Assembly: GCA_002189035.1 (NCBI GenBank)
Contig: NEEC01000061.1
Span: 17,576 to 81,575 of the forward strand
Length of the DNA stretch: 64,000 bases
Direction of reading: 5' to 3'
From: Utricularia gibba
Taxonomy: Eukaryota > Plantae > Magnoliophyta
Positions 24,801 to 39,800 of the stretch are shown one piece after another. The notes below the pieces were generated by a model, which saw only the letters and a program-made list of their open reading frames with translations, was not told the DNA's origin and ran no database searches. The position numbers and the translations under genes were made by a program. The number at the start of each line of letters is the position of its first letter. Position 1 is the stretch's first letter.

Positions 24801-27800
24801 TTCGAAGCTCGACGGATGGCCCTATATAAGCCTTGAATGGTGTCACAAAATGGCCTAGCCATTGGGGACATTGCGACTCCTTTGCTCGTTTTTATGCGAA
24901 AATTATTCTCGGATTGCGAAACACGCGTGATTCGTTAATATATGTCAAAATCTTGAATTTCGCGGCATTCTCATGCGTTTCTACGGGTGTGCTCGGCCCT
25001 GGGAATTCCTACATTAAGGGGTGGCCTCGCGCAGCCTTCGCCATTGACGCCACATCGTCCAAACCGTTTAGAGTCACGCGACACACAGCATACCGTTTCG
25101 AAGCTCATTCTGAGACGTCGTTTTTCGTGTTGGGAGTTCGCCCATCCGAGGAAAGTTCGAAGCTCGACGGATGGCCCTATATAAGCCTTGAATGGTGTCA
25201 CAAAATGGCCTAGCCATTGGGGACGTTGGGACTCTTTGCTCGTTTTTATGCGAAAATTTTCTCGGATTGCGAAACACGCGTGATTCGTTAATATATGTCA
25301 AAATCTTGAATTTCGCGGCATTCTCATGCGTTTCTCCGAGTGTGCTCGGGCCCTGGGAATTCCTACACCAAGGGTGGGCCTCGCGCAGCCTTCGCAATTG
25401 ACGCCACATCTCCAAACCGTTTAGAGTCACGCGCACAAAGCGTTTCGAAGCTCATTCGAGACGGTCGTTTTTCGTGTTGGAACTCGCCCATCCGAGGAAA
25501 GTTCGAAGCTCGAAGGATGGCCCTATATTAGCCTTCAATGGTGTCACAAAATGGTCTAGCCATTGGGGACGTTGCGACTCTTTGCTCGTTTTTATGCGAA
25601 AACTAATCTCGGCTTGCGAAACACGCGTGATTCGTTAATATATGTCAAAATCTTGAATTTCGCGGCATTCTCATGCGTTTCTCCGAGTGTGCTCGGGCCC
25701 TGGGAATTCCTACATTAAGGGGTGGCCTCGCGCAGCCTTCGCATTGACGCCACATCGTCCAAACCGTTTAGAGTCACGCGACACAAAGCATACCGTTTCG
25801 AAGCTCATTCTGAGACGGTCGTTTTTCGTGTTGGGAGTTTGCCCATCCGAGGAAAGTTCGAAGCTCGAAGGATGGCCTATATTAGCCTTCAATGGTGTCA
25901 CAAAATGGTCTAGCCATTGGGGACATTGCGACTCCTTTGCTCGTTTTTATGCGAAAACTAATCTCGGCTTGCGAAACACGCGTGATTCGTTAATATATGT
26001 CAAAATCTTGAATTTCGCGGCATTCTCATGCGTTTCTCCGAGTGTGCTCGGGCCCTGGGAATTCCTACATTAAGGGGTGGCCTCGCGCAGCCTTCGCCAT
26101 TGACGCCACATCGTCCAAACCGTTTAGAGTCACGCGCACAAAGCAACGTTTCGAAGCTCATTCTGAGACGGTCGTTTTTCGTGTTGGGAGTCGCCCATCC
26201 GAGGAAAGTTCGAAGCTCGAAGGATGGCCTTATATTAGCCTTCAATGGTGTCAAAATGGTCTAGCCATTGGGGACATTGCGACTCCTTTGCTCGTTTTTA
26301 TGCGAAAACTAATCTCGGCTTGCGAAACACGCGTGATTCGTTAATATATGTCAAAATCTTGAATTTCGCGGCATTCTCATGCGTTTCTACGGGTGTGCTC
26401 GGGCCCTGGGAATTCCTACACCAAGGGGTGGCCTCGCGCAGCCTTCGCCATTGACGCCACATCGTCCAAACCGTTTAGAGTCACGCGACACACAGCATAC
26501 CGTTTCGAAGCTCATTCCGAGACGGTCGTTTTTCGTGTTGGGAGTTGCCCATCCGAGGAAAGTTCGAAGCTCGAAGGATGGCCTATATTAGCCTTCAATG
26601 GTGTCACAAAATGGTCTAGCCATTGGGGACATCGCGACTCCTTTGCTCGTTTTTATGCGAAAATTATTCTCGGATTGCGAAACACGCGTGATTCGTTAAT
26701 ATATGTCAAAATCTTGAATTTCGCGGCATTCTCATGCGTTTCTCCGAGTGTGCTCGGGCCCTGGGAATTCCTACACCAAGGGTGGCCTCGCGCAGCCTTC
26801 GCAATTGACGCCACAACTCCCAAACCGTTTAGAGTCACGCGACACACAGCATACCGTTTCGAAGCTCATTCCGAGACGTCGTTTTTCGTGTTGGGAGTTC
26901 GCCCATCCGAGGAAAGTTCGAAGCTCGACGGATGGCCCTATATAAGCCTTGAATGGTGTCACAAAATGGCCTAGCCATTGGGGACGTTGGGACTCGTTTG
27001 CTCGTTTTTATGCGAAAACTAATCTCGGCTTGCGAAACACGCGTGATTCGTTAATATATGTCAAAATCTTGAATTTCGCGGCATTCTCATGCGTTTCTCG
27101 GGTGTGCTCGGGCCTGGGAATTCCTACACCAAGGGGTGGCCTCGCGCAGCCTTCGCCATTGACGCCACATCGTCCAAACCGTTTAGAGTCACGCGACACA
27201 CAGCATACCGTTTCGAAGCTCATTCCGAGACGGTCGTTTTTCGTGTTGGGAGTTCGCCCATCCGAGGAAAGTTCGAAGCTCGACGGATGGCCCTATATAA
27301 GCCTTGAATGGTGTCACAAAATGGCCTAGCCATTGGGGACGTTGGGACTCGTTTGCTCGTTTTTATGCGAAAAATTCTCGGCTTGCGAAACACGCGTGAT
27401 TCGTTAATATATGTCAAAATCTTGAATTTCGCGGCATTCTCATGCGTTTCCGAGTGTGCTCGGGCCCTGGGAATTCCTACACCAAGGGGTGGCCTCGCGC
27501 AGCCTTCGCCATTGACGCCACATCGTCCAAACCGTTTAGAGTCACGCGACACACAGCATACCGTTTCGAAGCTCATTCTGAGACGATCGTTTTTCGTGTT
27601 GGGAGTTCGCCCATCCGAGGAAAGTTCGAAGCTCGACGGATGGCCCTATATAAGCCTTGAATGGTGTCACAAAATGGCCTAGCCATTGGGGACGTTGGGA
27701 CTCTTTGCTCGTTTTTATGCGAAAACTAATCTCGGCTTGCGAAACACGCGTGATTCGTTAATATATGTCAAAATCTTGAATTTCGCGGCATTCTCATGCG

Positions 27801-30800
27801 TTTCTCCGAGTGTGCTCGGGCCCTGGGAATTCCTACACCAAGGGTGGCCTCGCGCAGCCTTCGCCATTGACGCCACATCTCCAAACCGTTTAGAGTCACG
27901 CGCACAAAGCATACGTTTCGAAGCTCATTCTGAGACGGTCGTTTTTCGTGTTGGAACTCGCCCATCCGAGGAAAGTTCGAAGCTCGAAGGATGGCCTATA
28001 TTAGCCTTCAATGGTGTCACAAAATGGTCTAGCCATTGGGGACGTTGGACTCTTTGCTCGTTTTTATGCGAAAATAATCTCGGCTTGCGAAACACGCGTG
28101 ATTCGTTAATATATGTCAAAATCTTGAATTTCGCGGCATTCTCATGCGTTTCTCGAGTGTGCTCGGGCCCTGGAATTCCTACATTAAGGGGTGGCCTCGC
28201 GCAGCCTTCGCCATTGACGCCACATCGTCCAAACCGTTTAGAGTCACGCGACACAAGCATACCGTTTCGAAGCTCATTCCGAGACGGTCGTTTTTCGTGT
28301 TGGGAGTTGCCCATCCGAGGAAAGTTCGAAGCTCGAAGGATGGCCTTATATTAGCCTTCAATGGTGTCACAAAATGGTCTAGCCATTGGGGACATGCGAC
28401 TCCTTTGCTCGTTTTTATGCGAAAATTATTCTCGGATTGCGAAACACGCGTGATTCGTTAATATATGTCAAAATCTTGAATTTCGCGGCATTCTCATGCG
28501 TTTCTCCGAGTGTGCTCGGGCCCTGGGAATTCCTACACCAAGGGTGGCCTCGCGCAGCCTTCGCATTGACGCCACATCGTCCAAACCGTTTAGAGTCACG
28601 CGACAAAGCATACCGTTTCGAAGCTCATTCTGAGACGGTCGTTTTTCGTGTTGGAACTCGCCCATCCGAGGAAAGTTCGAAGCTCGAAGGATGGCCCTAT
28701 ATTAGCCTTCAATGGTGTCACAAAATGGTCTAGCCATTGGGGACATTGCGACTCCTTTGCTCGTTTTTATGCGAAAATTAATCTCGGCTTGCGAAACACG
28801 CGTGATTCGTTAATATATGTCAAAATCTTGAATTTCGCGGCATTCTCATGCGTTTCTCGGGTGTGCTCGGGCCCTGGGATTCCTACACCAAGGGGTGGCC
28901 TCGCGCAGCCTTCGCCATTGACGCCACATCGTCCAAACCGTTTAGAGTCACGCGACACACAGCATACCGTTTCGAAGCTCATTCCGAGACGGTCGTTTTT
29001 CGTGTTGGGAGCTTGCCCATCCGAGGAAAGTTCGAAGCTCGAAGGATGGCCTATATTAGCCTTCAATGGTGTCAAAATGGTCTAGCCATTGGGGACATTG
29101 CGACTCCTTTGCTCGTTTTTATGCGAAAATAATCTCGGCTTGCGAAACACGCGTGATTCGTTAATATATGTCAAAATCTTGAATTTCGCGGCATTCTCAT
29201 GCGTTTCTACGGTGTGCTCGGGCCCGGGATTCCTACACCAAGGGGTGGCCTCGCGCAGCCTTCGCCATTGACGCCACATCGTCCAAACCGTTTAGAGTCA
29301 CGCGACACACAGCATACCGTTTCGAAGCTCATTCTGAGACGATCGTTTTTCGTGTTGGGAGTTCGCCCATCCGAGGAAAGTTCGAAGCTCGACGGATGGC
29401 CCTATATAAGCCTTGAATGGTGTCACAAAATGGCCTAGCCATTGGGGACGTTGGGACTCTTTGCTCGTTTTTATGCGAAAATATTCTCGGCTTGCGAAAC
29501 ACGCGTGATTCGTTAATATATGTCAAAATCTTGAATTTCGCGGCATTCTCATGCGTTTCTCGGTGTGCTCGGGCCTGGGAATTCCTACACCAAGGGGTGG
29601 CCTCGCGCAGCCTTCGCCATTGACGCCACATCGTCCAAACCGTTTAGAGTCACGCGACACACAGCATACCGTTTCGAAGCTCATTCCGAGACGGTCGTTT
29701 TTCGTGTTGGGAGTTGCCCATCCGAGGAAAGTTCGAAGCTCGAAGGATGGCCTTATATTAGCCTTCAATGGTGTCACAAAATGGTCTAGCCATTGGGGAC
29801 ATCGCGACTCCTTTGCTCGTTTTTATGCGAAAATTTTCTCGGCTTGCGAAACACGCGTGATTCGTTAATATATGTCAAAATCTTGAATTTCGCGGCATTC
29901 TCATGCGTTTCTCGGGTGTGCTCGGGCCCGGGACTTCCTACACCAAGGGGTGGCCTCGCGCAGCCTTCGCCATTGACGCCACATCGTCCAAACCGTTTAG
30001 AGTCACGCGACACACAGCATACCGTTTCGAAGCTCATTCTGAGACGATCGTTTTTCGTGTTGGGAGTTTGCCCATCCGAGGAAAGTTCGAAGCTCGAAGG
30101 ATGGCCTTATATTAGCCTTCAATGGTGTCACAAATGGTCTAGCCATTGGGGACATTGCGACTCCTTTGCTCGTTTTTATGCGAAAATAATCTCGGCTTGC
30201 GAAACACGCGTGATTCGTTAATATATGTCAAAATCTTGAATTTCGCGGCATTCTCATGCGTTTCTCGGGTGTGCTCGGGCCCTGGGATTCCTACACCAAG
30301 GGTGGCCTCGCGCAGCCTTCGCCATTGACGCCACATCGTCCAAACCGTTTAGAGTCACGCGACACACAGCATACCGTTTCGAAGCTCATTCCGAGACGGT
30401 CGTTTTTCGTGTTGGGAGCTTGCCCATCCGAGGAAAGTTCGAAGCTCGAAGGATGGCCTTATATTAGCCTTCAATGGTGTCACAAAATGGTCTAGCCATT
30501 GGGGACGTTGCGACTCCTTTGCTCGTTTTTATGCGAAAACTAATCTCGGCTTGCGAAACACGCGTGATTCGTTAATATATGTCAAAATCTTGAATTTCGC
30601 GGCATTCTCATGCGTTTCTCGGGTGTGCTCGGGCCCGGGACTTCCTACACCAAGGGGTGGCCTCGCGCAGCCTTCGCCATTGACGCCACATCGTCCAAAC
30701 CGTTTAGAGTCACGCGACACACAGCATACCGTTTCGAAGCTCATTCTGAGACGATCGTTTTTCGTGTTGGGAGTTCGCCCATCCGAGGAAAGTTCGAAGC

Positions 30801-33800
30801 TCGACGGATGGCCCTATATAAGCCTTGAATGGTGTCACAAAATGGCCTAGCCATTGGGGACGTTGGGACTCGTTTGCTCGTTTTTATGCGAAAATATCTC
30901 GGCTTGCGAAACACGCGTGATTCGTTAATATATGTCAAAATCTTGAATTTCGCGGCATTCTCATGCGTTTCTCCGAGTGTGCTCGGGCCCTGGGAATTCC
31001 TACATTAAGGGGTGGCCTCGCGCAGCCTTCGCCATTGACGCCACATCGTCCAAACCGTTTAGAGTCACGCGACACACAGCATACCGTTTCGAAGCTCATT
31101 CCGAGACGGTCGTTTTTCGTGTTGGGAGCCCATCCGAGGAAAGTTCGAAGCTCGAAGGATGGCCTTATATTAGCCTTCAATGGTTCAAAATGGTCTAGCC
31201 ATTGGGGACATCGCGACTCCTTTGCTCGTTTTTATGCGAAAATTATTCTCGGATTGCGATGATTCGTTAATATATGTCAAAATCTTGAATTTCGCGGCAT
31301 TCTCATGCGTTTCTAGGTGTGCTCGGGCCCTGGGATTCCTACACCAAGGGGTGGCCTCGCGCAGCCTTCGCCATTGACGTTCCAAACCGTTTAGAGTCAC
31401 GACACAAAGCATACCGTTTCGAAGCTCATTCTGAGACGGTCGTTTTTCGTGTTGGAGTTCGCCCATCCGAGGAAAGTTCGAAGCTCGACGGATGGCCCTA
31501 TATAAGCCTTGAATGGTGTCACAAAATGGCCTAGCCATTGGGGACGTTGGGACTCTTTGCTCGTTTTTATGCGAAAACTAATCTCGGCTTGCGAAACACG
31601 CGTGATTCGTTAATATATGTCAAAATCTTGAATTTCGCGGCATTCTCATGCGTTTCTCCGAGTGTGCTCGGGCCCTGGGAATTCCTACATTAAGGGGTGG
31701 CCTCGCGCAGCCTTCGCCATTGACGCCACATCGTCCAAACCGTTTAGAGTCACGCGACACACAGCATACCGTTTCGAAGCTCATTCTGAGACGATCGTTT
31801 TTCGTGTTGGGAGTTCGCCCATCCGAGGAAAGTTCGAAGCTCGACGGATGGCCCTATATAAGCCTTGAATGGTGTCACAAAATGGCCTAGCCATTGGGGA
31901 CGTTGGACTCTTTGCTCGTTTTTATGCGAAAACTAATCTCGGCTTGCGAAACACGCGTGATTCGTTAATATATGTCAAAATCTTGAATTTCGCGGCATTC
32001 TCATGCGTTTCTACGGGTGTGCTCGGGCCCGGGACTTCCTACACCAAGGGGTGCCTCGCGCAGCCTTCGCCATTGACGCCACATCGTCCAAACCGTTTAG
32101 AGTCACGCGACACACAGCATACCGTTTCGAAGCTCATTCTGAGACGATCGTTTTTCGTGTTGGGAGTTCGCCCATCCGAGGAAAGTTCGAAGCTCGACGG
32201 ATGGCCCTATATAAGCCTTGAATGGTGTCACAAAATGGCCTAGCCATTGGGGACGTTGGGACTCGTTTGCTCGTTTTTATGCGAAAATAATCTCGGCTTG
32301 CGAAACACGCGTGATTCGTTAATATATGTCAAAATCTTGAATTTCGCGGCATTCTCATGCGTTTCTCCGAGTGTGCTCGGCCCTGGAATTCCTACATTAA
32401 GGGGTGGCCTCGCGCAGCCTTCGCCATTGACGCCACATCGTCCAAACCGTTTAGAGTCACGCGACACACAGCATACCGTTTCGAAGCTCATTCCGAGACG
32501 GTCGTTTTTCGTGTTGGGAACTTGCCCATCCGAGGAAAGTTCGAAGCTCGAAGGATGGCCTTATATTAGCCTTCAATGGTGAAAATGGTCTAGCCATTGG
32601 GGACATCGCGACTCCTTTGCTCGTTTTTATGCGAAAATTATTCTCGGATTGCGAAACACGCGTGATTCGTTAATATATGTCAAAATCTTGAATTTCGCGG
32701 CATTCTCATGCGTTTCTAGTGTGCTCGGGCCCTGGGATTCCTACACCAAGGGGTGGCCTCGCGCAGCCTTCGCCATTGACGCCACATCGTCCAAACCGTT
32801 TAGAGTCACGCGACACAAAGCATTCGTTTCGAAGCTCATTCTGAGACGGTCGTTTTTCGTGTTGGAGTTCGCCCATCCGAGGAAAGTTCGAAGCTCGACG
32901 GATGGCCCTATATAAGCCTTGAATGGTGTCACAAAATGGCCTAGCCATTGGGGACGTTGGACTCGTTTGCTCGTTTTTATGCGAAAATAATCTCGGCTTG
33001 CGAAACACGCGTGATTCGTTAATATATGTCAAAATCTTGAATTTCGCGGCATTCTCATGCGTTTCTCCGAGTGTGCTCGGGCCCTGGGAATTCCTACATT
33101 AAGGGGTGGCCTCGCGCAGCCTTCGCCATTGACGCCACATCTTCCAAACCGTTTAGAGTCACGCGACACACAGCATACGTTTCGAAGCTCATTCTGAGAC
33201 GGTCGTTTTTCGTGTTGGGAGTTCGCCCATCCGAGGAAAGTTCGAAGCTCGACGGATGGCCCTATATAAGCCTTGAATGGTGTCACAAAATGGCCTAGCC
33301 ATTGGGGACGTTGCGACTCCTTTGCTCGTTTTTATGCGAAAATCTCGGCTTGCGAAACACGCGTGATTCGTTAATATATGTCAAAATCTTGAATTTCGCG
33401 GCATTCTCATGCGTTTCTCCGAGTGTGCTCGGGCCCTGGGAATTCCTACATTAAGGGGTGGCCTCGCGCAGCCTTCGCCATTGACGCCACATCGTCCAAA
33501 CCGTTTAGAGTCACGCGACACAAAGCATACCGTTTCGAAGCTCATTCCGAGACGATCGTTTTTCGTGTTGGGAGTTCGCCCATCCGAGGAAAGTTCGAAG
33601 CTCGACGGATGGCCCTATATAAGCCTTGAATGGTGTCACAAAATGGCCTAGCCATTGGGGACGTTGGGACTCTTTGCTCGTTTTTATGCGAAAACTAATC
33701 TCGGCTTGCGAAACACGCGTGATTCGTTAATATATGTCAAAATCTTGAATTTCGCGGCATTCTCATGCGTTTCTCCGAGTGTGCTCGGGCCCTGGGAATT

Positions 33801-36800
33801 CCTACATTAAGGGGTGGCCTCGCGCAGCCTTCGCCATTGACGCCACATCGTCCAAACCGTTTAGAGTCACGCGCACAGCATACCGTTTCGAAGCTCATTC
33901 TGAGACGGTCGTTTTTCGTGTTGGGAGCTTGCCCATCCGAGGAAAGTTCGAAGCTCGAAGGATGGCCTATATTAGCCTTCAATGGTGTCACAAAATGGTC
34001 TAGCCATTGGGGACATTGCGACTCCTTTGCTCGTTTTTATGCGAAAATCTCGGATTGCGAAACACGCGTGATTCGTTAATATATGTCAAAATCTTGAATT
34101 TCGCGGCATTCTCATGCGTTTCTAATTCCTACACCAAGGGGTGGCCTCGCGCAGCCTTCGCCATTGACGCCACATCGTCCAAACCGTTTAGAGTCACGCG
34201 ACACACAGCATACCGTTTCGAAGCTCATTCTGAGACGTCGTTTTTCGTGTTGGGAGTTTGCCCATCCGAGGAAAGTTCGAAGCTCGAAGGATGGCCTATA
34301 TAGCCTTGAATGGTGTCACAAAATGGCTAGCCATTGGGGACGTTGCGACTCCTTTGCTCGTTTTTATGCGAAAACTAATCTCGGCTTGCGAAACACGCGT
34401 GATTCGTTAATATATGTCAAAATCTTGAATTTCGCGGCATTCTCATGCGTTTCTCGGGTGTGCTCGGGCCCTGGGATTCCTACACCAAGGGGTGGCCTCG
34501 CGCAGCCTTCGCCATTGACGCCACATCGTCCAAACCGTTTAGAGTCACGCGACACACAGCATACCGTTTCGAAGCTCATTCTGAGACGATCGTTTTTCGT
34601 GTTGGGAGTTCGCCCATCCGAGGAAAGTTCGAAGCTCGACGGATGGCCCTATATAAGCCTTGAATGGTGTCACAAAATGGCCTAGCCATTGGGGACGTTG
34701 GGACTCGTTTGCTCGTTTTTATGCGAAAAAATCTCGGCTTGCGAAACACGCGTGATTCGTTAATATATGTCAAAATCTTGAATTTCGCGGCATTCTCATG
34801 CGTTTCTCCGAGTGTGCTCGGCCCTGGGAATTCCTACATTAAGGGGTGGCCTCGCGCAGCCTTCGCCATTGACGCCACATCGTCCAAACCGTTTAGAGTC
34901 ACGCGACACACAGCATACCGTTTCGAAGCTCATTCCGAGACGGTCGTTTTTCGTGTTGGGAGCTTGCCCATCCGAGGAAAGTTCGAAGCTCGAAGGATGG
35001 CCTTATATTAGCCTTCAATGGTGTCAAAATGGTCTAGCCATTGGGGACATTGCGACTCCTTTGCTCGTTTTTATGCGAAAATTATTCTCGGCTTGCGAAA
35101 CACGCGTGATTCGTTAATATATGTCAAAATCTTGAATTTCGCGGCATTCTCATGCGTTTCTACGGTGTGCTCGGGCCCTGGGACTTCCTACACCAAGGGG
35201 TGGCCTCGCGCAGCCTTCGCCATTGACGCCACATCGTCCAAACCGTTTAGAGTCACGCGACACAAAGCATACCGTTTCGAAGCTCATTCTGAGACGGTCG
35301 TTTTTCGTGTTGGAGTTCGCCCATCCGAGGAAAGTTCGAAGCTCGACGGATGGCCCTATATAAGCCTTGAATGGTGTCACAAAATGGCTAGCCATTGGGG
35401 ACGTTGGGACTCGTTTGCTCGTTTTTATGCGAAAATAATCTCGGCTTGCGAAACACGCGTGATTCGTTAATATATGTCAAAATCTTGAATTTCGCGGCAT
35501 TCTCATGCGTTTCTCCGAGTGTGCTCGGGCCCTGGGAATTCCTACATTAAGGGGTGGCCTCGCGCAGCCTTCGCCATTGACGCCACATCGTCCAAACCGT
35601 TTAGAGTCACGCGACACACAGCATACCGTTTCGAAGCTCATTCTGAGACGATCGTTTTTCGTGTTGGGAGTTCGCCCATCCGAGGAAAGTTCGAAGCTCG
35701 ACGGATGGCCCTATATAGCCTTCAATGGTGTCACAAAATGGCCTAGCCATTGGGGACGTTGGGACTCTTTGCTCGTTTTTATGCGAAAACTAATCTCGGC
35801 TTGCGAAACACGCGTGATTCGTTAATATATGTCAAAATCTTGAATTTCGCGGCATTCTCATGCGTTTCTACGGGTGTGCTCGGGCCCGGGACTTCCTACA
35901 CCAAGGGGTGGCCTCGCGCAGCCTTCGCCATTGACGCCACATCGTCCAAACCGTTTAGAGTCACGCGACACAAGCATACCGTTTCGAAGCTCATTCCGAG
36001 ACGATCGTTTTTCGTGTTGGGAGTTCGCCCATCCGAGGAAAGTTCGAAGCTCGACGGATGGCCCTATATAAGCCTTGAATGGTGTCACAAAATGGCCTAG
36101 CCATTGGGGACGTTGCGATCCGTTTGCTCGTTTTTATGCGAAAATTGTTCTCGGACTTGCGAAACACGCGTGATTCGTTAATATATGTCAAAATCTTGAA
36201 TTTCGCGGCATTCTCATGCGTTTCTCCTCGGGCCCTGGGAGTGTCGCTCGGCGCCTGGGAATTCCTGATTAATTGGCTCTCGCGCAGCCTTCGCTCATGC
36301 GAAAATGGCTTGCGAAACACGCGTGATTCGTTAATATATGTCAAAATCTTGAATTTCGCGGCATTCTCAACTCGGGCCCTTTCCTAGGGGTGGCCTCGCG
36401 CAGCCTTCGCCATTGACGCCACATCGTCCAAACCGTTTAGAGTCACGCGACACACAGCATACCGTTTCGAAGCTCATTCGAGACGGTCGTTTTTCGTGTT
36501 GGGAGACGCCCATCCGAGGAAAGTTCGAAGCTCGAATTCGTGGTTGGGAGTTGCGCTCGTTTTTATGCGAAAATCTCGGCTTGCGAAACACGCGTGATTC
36601 GTTAAGTTCGAAGCGAAGCTCGAAGGATATATAGCCTTGAATGGTGGGGCCAATTGGACTCCTTTGCTCGTTTTTATGCGAAAATAATCTCGGCTTGCGA
36701 AACACGCGTGATTCGTTAATATATGTCAAAATCTTGAATTTCGCGGCATTCTCATGCGTTTCTCCGGTGTGCTCGGGCCCTGGGACTTCCTACACCAAGG

Positions 36801-39800
36801 GGCCTCGCGCAGCCTTCGCCATTGACGCCACATCGTCCAAACCGTTTAGAGTCACGCGACACACAGCATACCGTTTCGAAGCTCATTCTGAGACGATCGT
36901 TTTTCGTGTTGGGAGTTCGCCCATCCGAGGAAAGTTCGAAGCTCGACGGATGGCCCTATATCCTTGAATGGTGTCACAAAATGGCCTAGCCATTGGGGAC
37001 GTTGCGACTCTTTTGCTCGTTTTTATGCGAAAATTAATCTCGGCTTGCGAAACACGCGTGATTCGTTAATATATGTCAAAATCTTGAATTTCGCGGCATT
37101 CTCATGCGTTTCTCGGTGTGCTCGGGCCCGGGACTTCCTACATTAAGGGGTGGCCTCGCGCAGCCTTCGCCATTGACGCCACATCGTCCAAACCGTTTAG
37201 AGTCACGCGACACACAGCATACCGTTTCGAAGCTCATTCTGAGACGGTCGTTTTTCGTGTTGGGATTGCCCATTTTCGCCTCGGTGTCTAGGGGGAAGCG
37301 TCCTTATGCGAAAATTATTCTCGGATCCGCGATTCGTTACAAAATCTTGAATTTCGCATGCCACGGAGCCATTGACGGGTCGTTTTTCGAGTGTCGCCCA
37401 TCCGAGGAAAGTTCGAAGCTCGACGGATGGCCCTATATAAGCCTTGAATGGTGTCACAAAATGGCCTAGCCATTGGGGACGTTGGACTCGTTTGCTCGTT
37501 TTTATGCGAAAATAATCTCGGCTTGCGAAACACGCGTGATTCGTTAATATATGTCAAAATCTTGAATTTCGCGGCATTCTCATGCGTTTCTCCGAGTGTG
37601 CTCGGGCCCTGGGAATTCCTACATTAAGGGTGGCCTCGCGCAGCCTTCGCCATTGACGCCACATCGTCCAAACCGTTTAGAGTCACGCGACACACAGCAT
37701 ACCGTTTCGAAGCTCATTCTGAGACGGTTTTTCGTGTTGGAGTTCGCCCATCCGAGGAAAGTTCGAAGCTCGACGGATGGCCCTATATAAGCCTTGAATG
37801 GTGTCACAAAATGGCCTAGCCATTGGGGACGTTGCGACTCGTTTGCTCGTTTTTATGCGAAAATAATCTCGGCTTGCGAAACACGCGTGATTCGTTAATA
37901 TATGTCAAAATCTTGAATTTCGCGGCATTCTCATGCGTTTCTGAGTGTGCTCGGGCCCTGGGAATTCCTACATTAAGGGGCCTCGCGCAGCCTTCGCCAT
38001 TGACGCCACATCGTCCAAACCGTTTAGAGTCACGCGACACACAGCATACCGTTTCGAAGCTCATTCTGAGACGATCGTTTTTCGTGTTGGGAGTTCGCCC
38101 ATCCGAGGAAAGTTCGAAGCTCGACGGATGGCCCTATATAGCCTTGAATGGTGTCACAAAATGGCCTAGCCATTGGGGACGTTGCGACTCGTTTGCTCGT
38201 TTTTATGCGAAAATCTCGTTTGAACGAATTTCGCGGCATTCTCATGCGTTTCTAAATGAGCACACACATACGTGATTCGGCGCAGATTCGTTTGCGCGCC
38301 ACATCGTCCAAACCGTTTAGAGTCACGCGACACACAGCATACCGTTTCGTCATTCTGAGACGATCGTTTTTCGTGTTGGGAGTTCGCCCATCCGAGGAAA
38401 GTTCGAAGCTCGACGGATGGCCCTATATAAGCCTTGAATGGTGTCACAAAATGGCCTAGCCATTGGGGACGTTGCGACTCCTTTGCTCGTTTTTATGCGA
38501 AAATTGTTCTCGGATTGCGAAACACGCGTGATTCGTTATATATGTCAAAATCTTGAATTTCGCGGCATAAGTGTGCTCGAATTCCTACATTAAGGGGTGG
38601 CCTCGCGCAGCCTTCGCCATTGACGCCACATCGTCCAAACCGTTTAGAGTCACGCGACACACAGCATACCGTTTCGAAGCTCATTCCGAGACGGTCGTTT
38701 TTCGTGTTGGGAGTTGCCCATCCGAGGAAAGTTCGAAGCTCGAAGGATGGCCTTATATTAGCCTTCAATGGTGTCACAAAATGGTCTAGCCATTGGGGAG
38801 CGACTCCTTTGCTCGTTTTTATGCGGGCTTGCGAAACACGCGTGATTCGTTAATATATGTCAAAATCTTGAATTTCGCGGCATTCTCATGCGTTTCTTGT
38901 GCTCGGGCCTGGGACTTCCTACACCAAGGGGTGGCCTCGCGCAGCCTTCGCCATTGACGCCACATCTTCCAAACCGTTTAGAGTCACGTCACAAAGCATG
39001 TTTCGAAGCTCATTCTGAGACGGTCGTTTTTCGTGTTGGAGTTCGCCCATCCGAGGAAAGTTCGAAGCTCGACGGATGGCCCTATATAAGCCTTGAATGG
39101 TGTCACAAAATGGCCTAGCCATTTGGGACTCGTTTGCTCGTTTTTATGCGAAAATCTCGGCTTGCGATCGCCATTGTGCTCGAATTCGGAATTGACGTCG
39201 TCCAATGAGTCTCCGAAGGAGAAATTTCTCGAAGGATGGCCTTATATTAGCCTTCAATGGTGTCACAAAATGGTGTCACCATTGGCTCGGGCCCTCGGGG
39301 ACATGCGAATTTGGTCTCGGCTATGCGAAATTTCGATTGACGGATTCCAAACGTCTTGAATTTCGCGGCATTCTCATGCGTTTCTAGTGTGCTCGGGCCC
39401 TGGGAATTCCTACACCAAGGGGGGGTGGCGCGCCTTCGCATTGACGCCACATCGTCCAAACCGTTTAGAGTCACGCGACACACAGCATACCGTTTCGAAG
39501 CTCATTCTGAGACGGTCGTTTTCGTGTTGGGAGTTCGCTCCATCCGAGGACAAAATGGCCTAGCCATTGGGGACGTTGGGACGCTCTTTTTATGCGAAAA
39601 CTAATCTCGGCTTGCGAAACACGCGTGATTCGTTAATATATGTCAAAATCTTGAATTTCGCGGCATTCTCATGCGTTTCTCCGAGTGTGCTCGGGCCCTG
39701 GGAATTCCTACATTAAGGGTGGCCTCGCGCAGCCTTCGCCATTGACGCCACATCGTCCAAACCGTTTAGAGTCACGCGACACAGCATACCGTTTCGAAGC

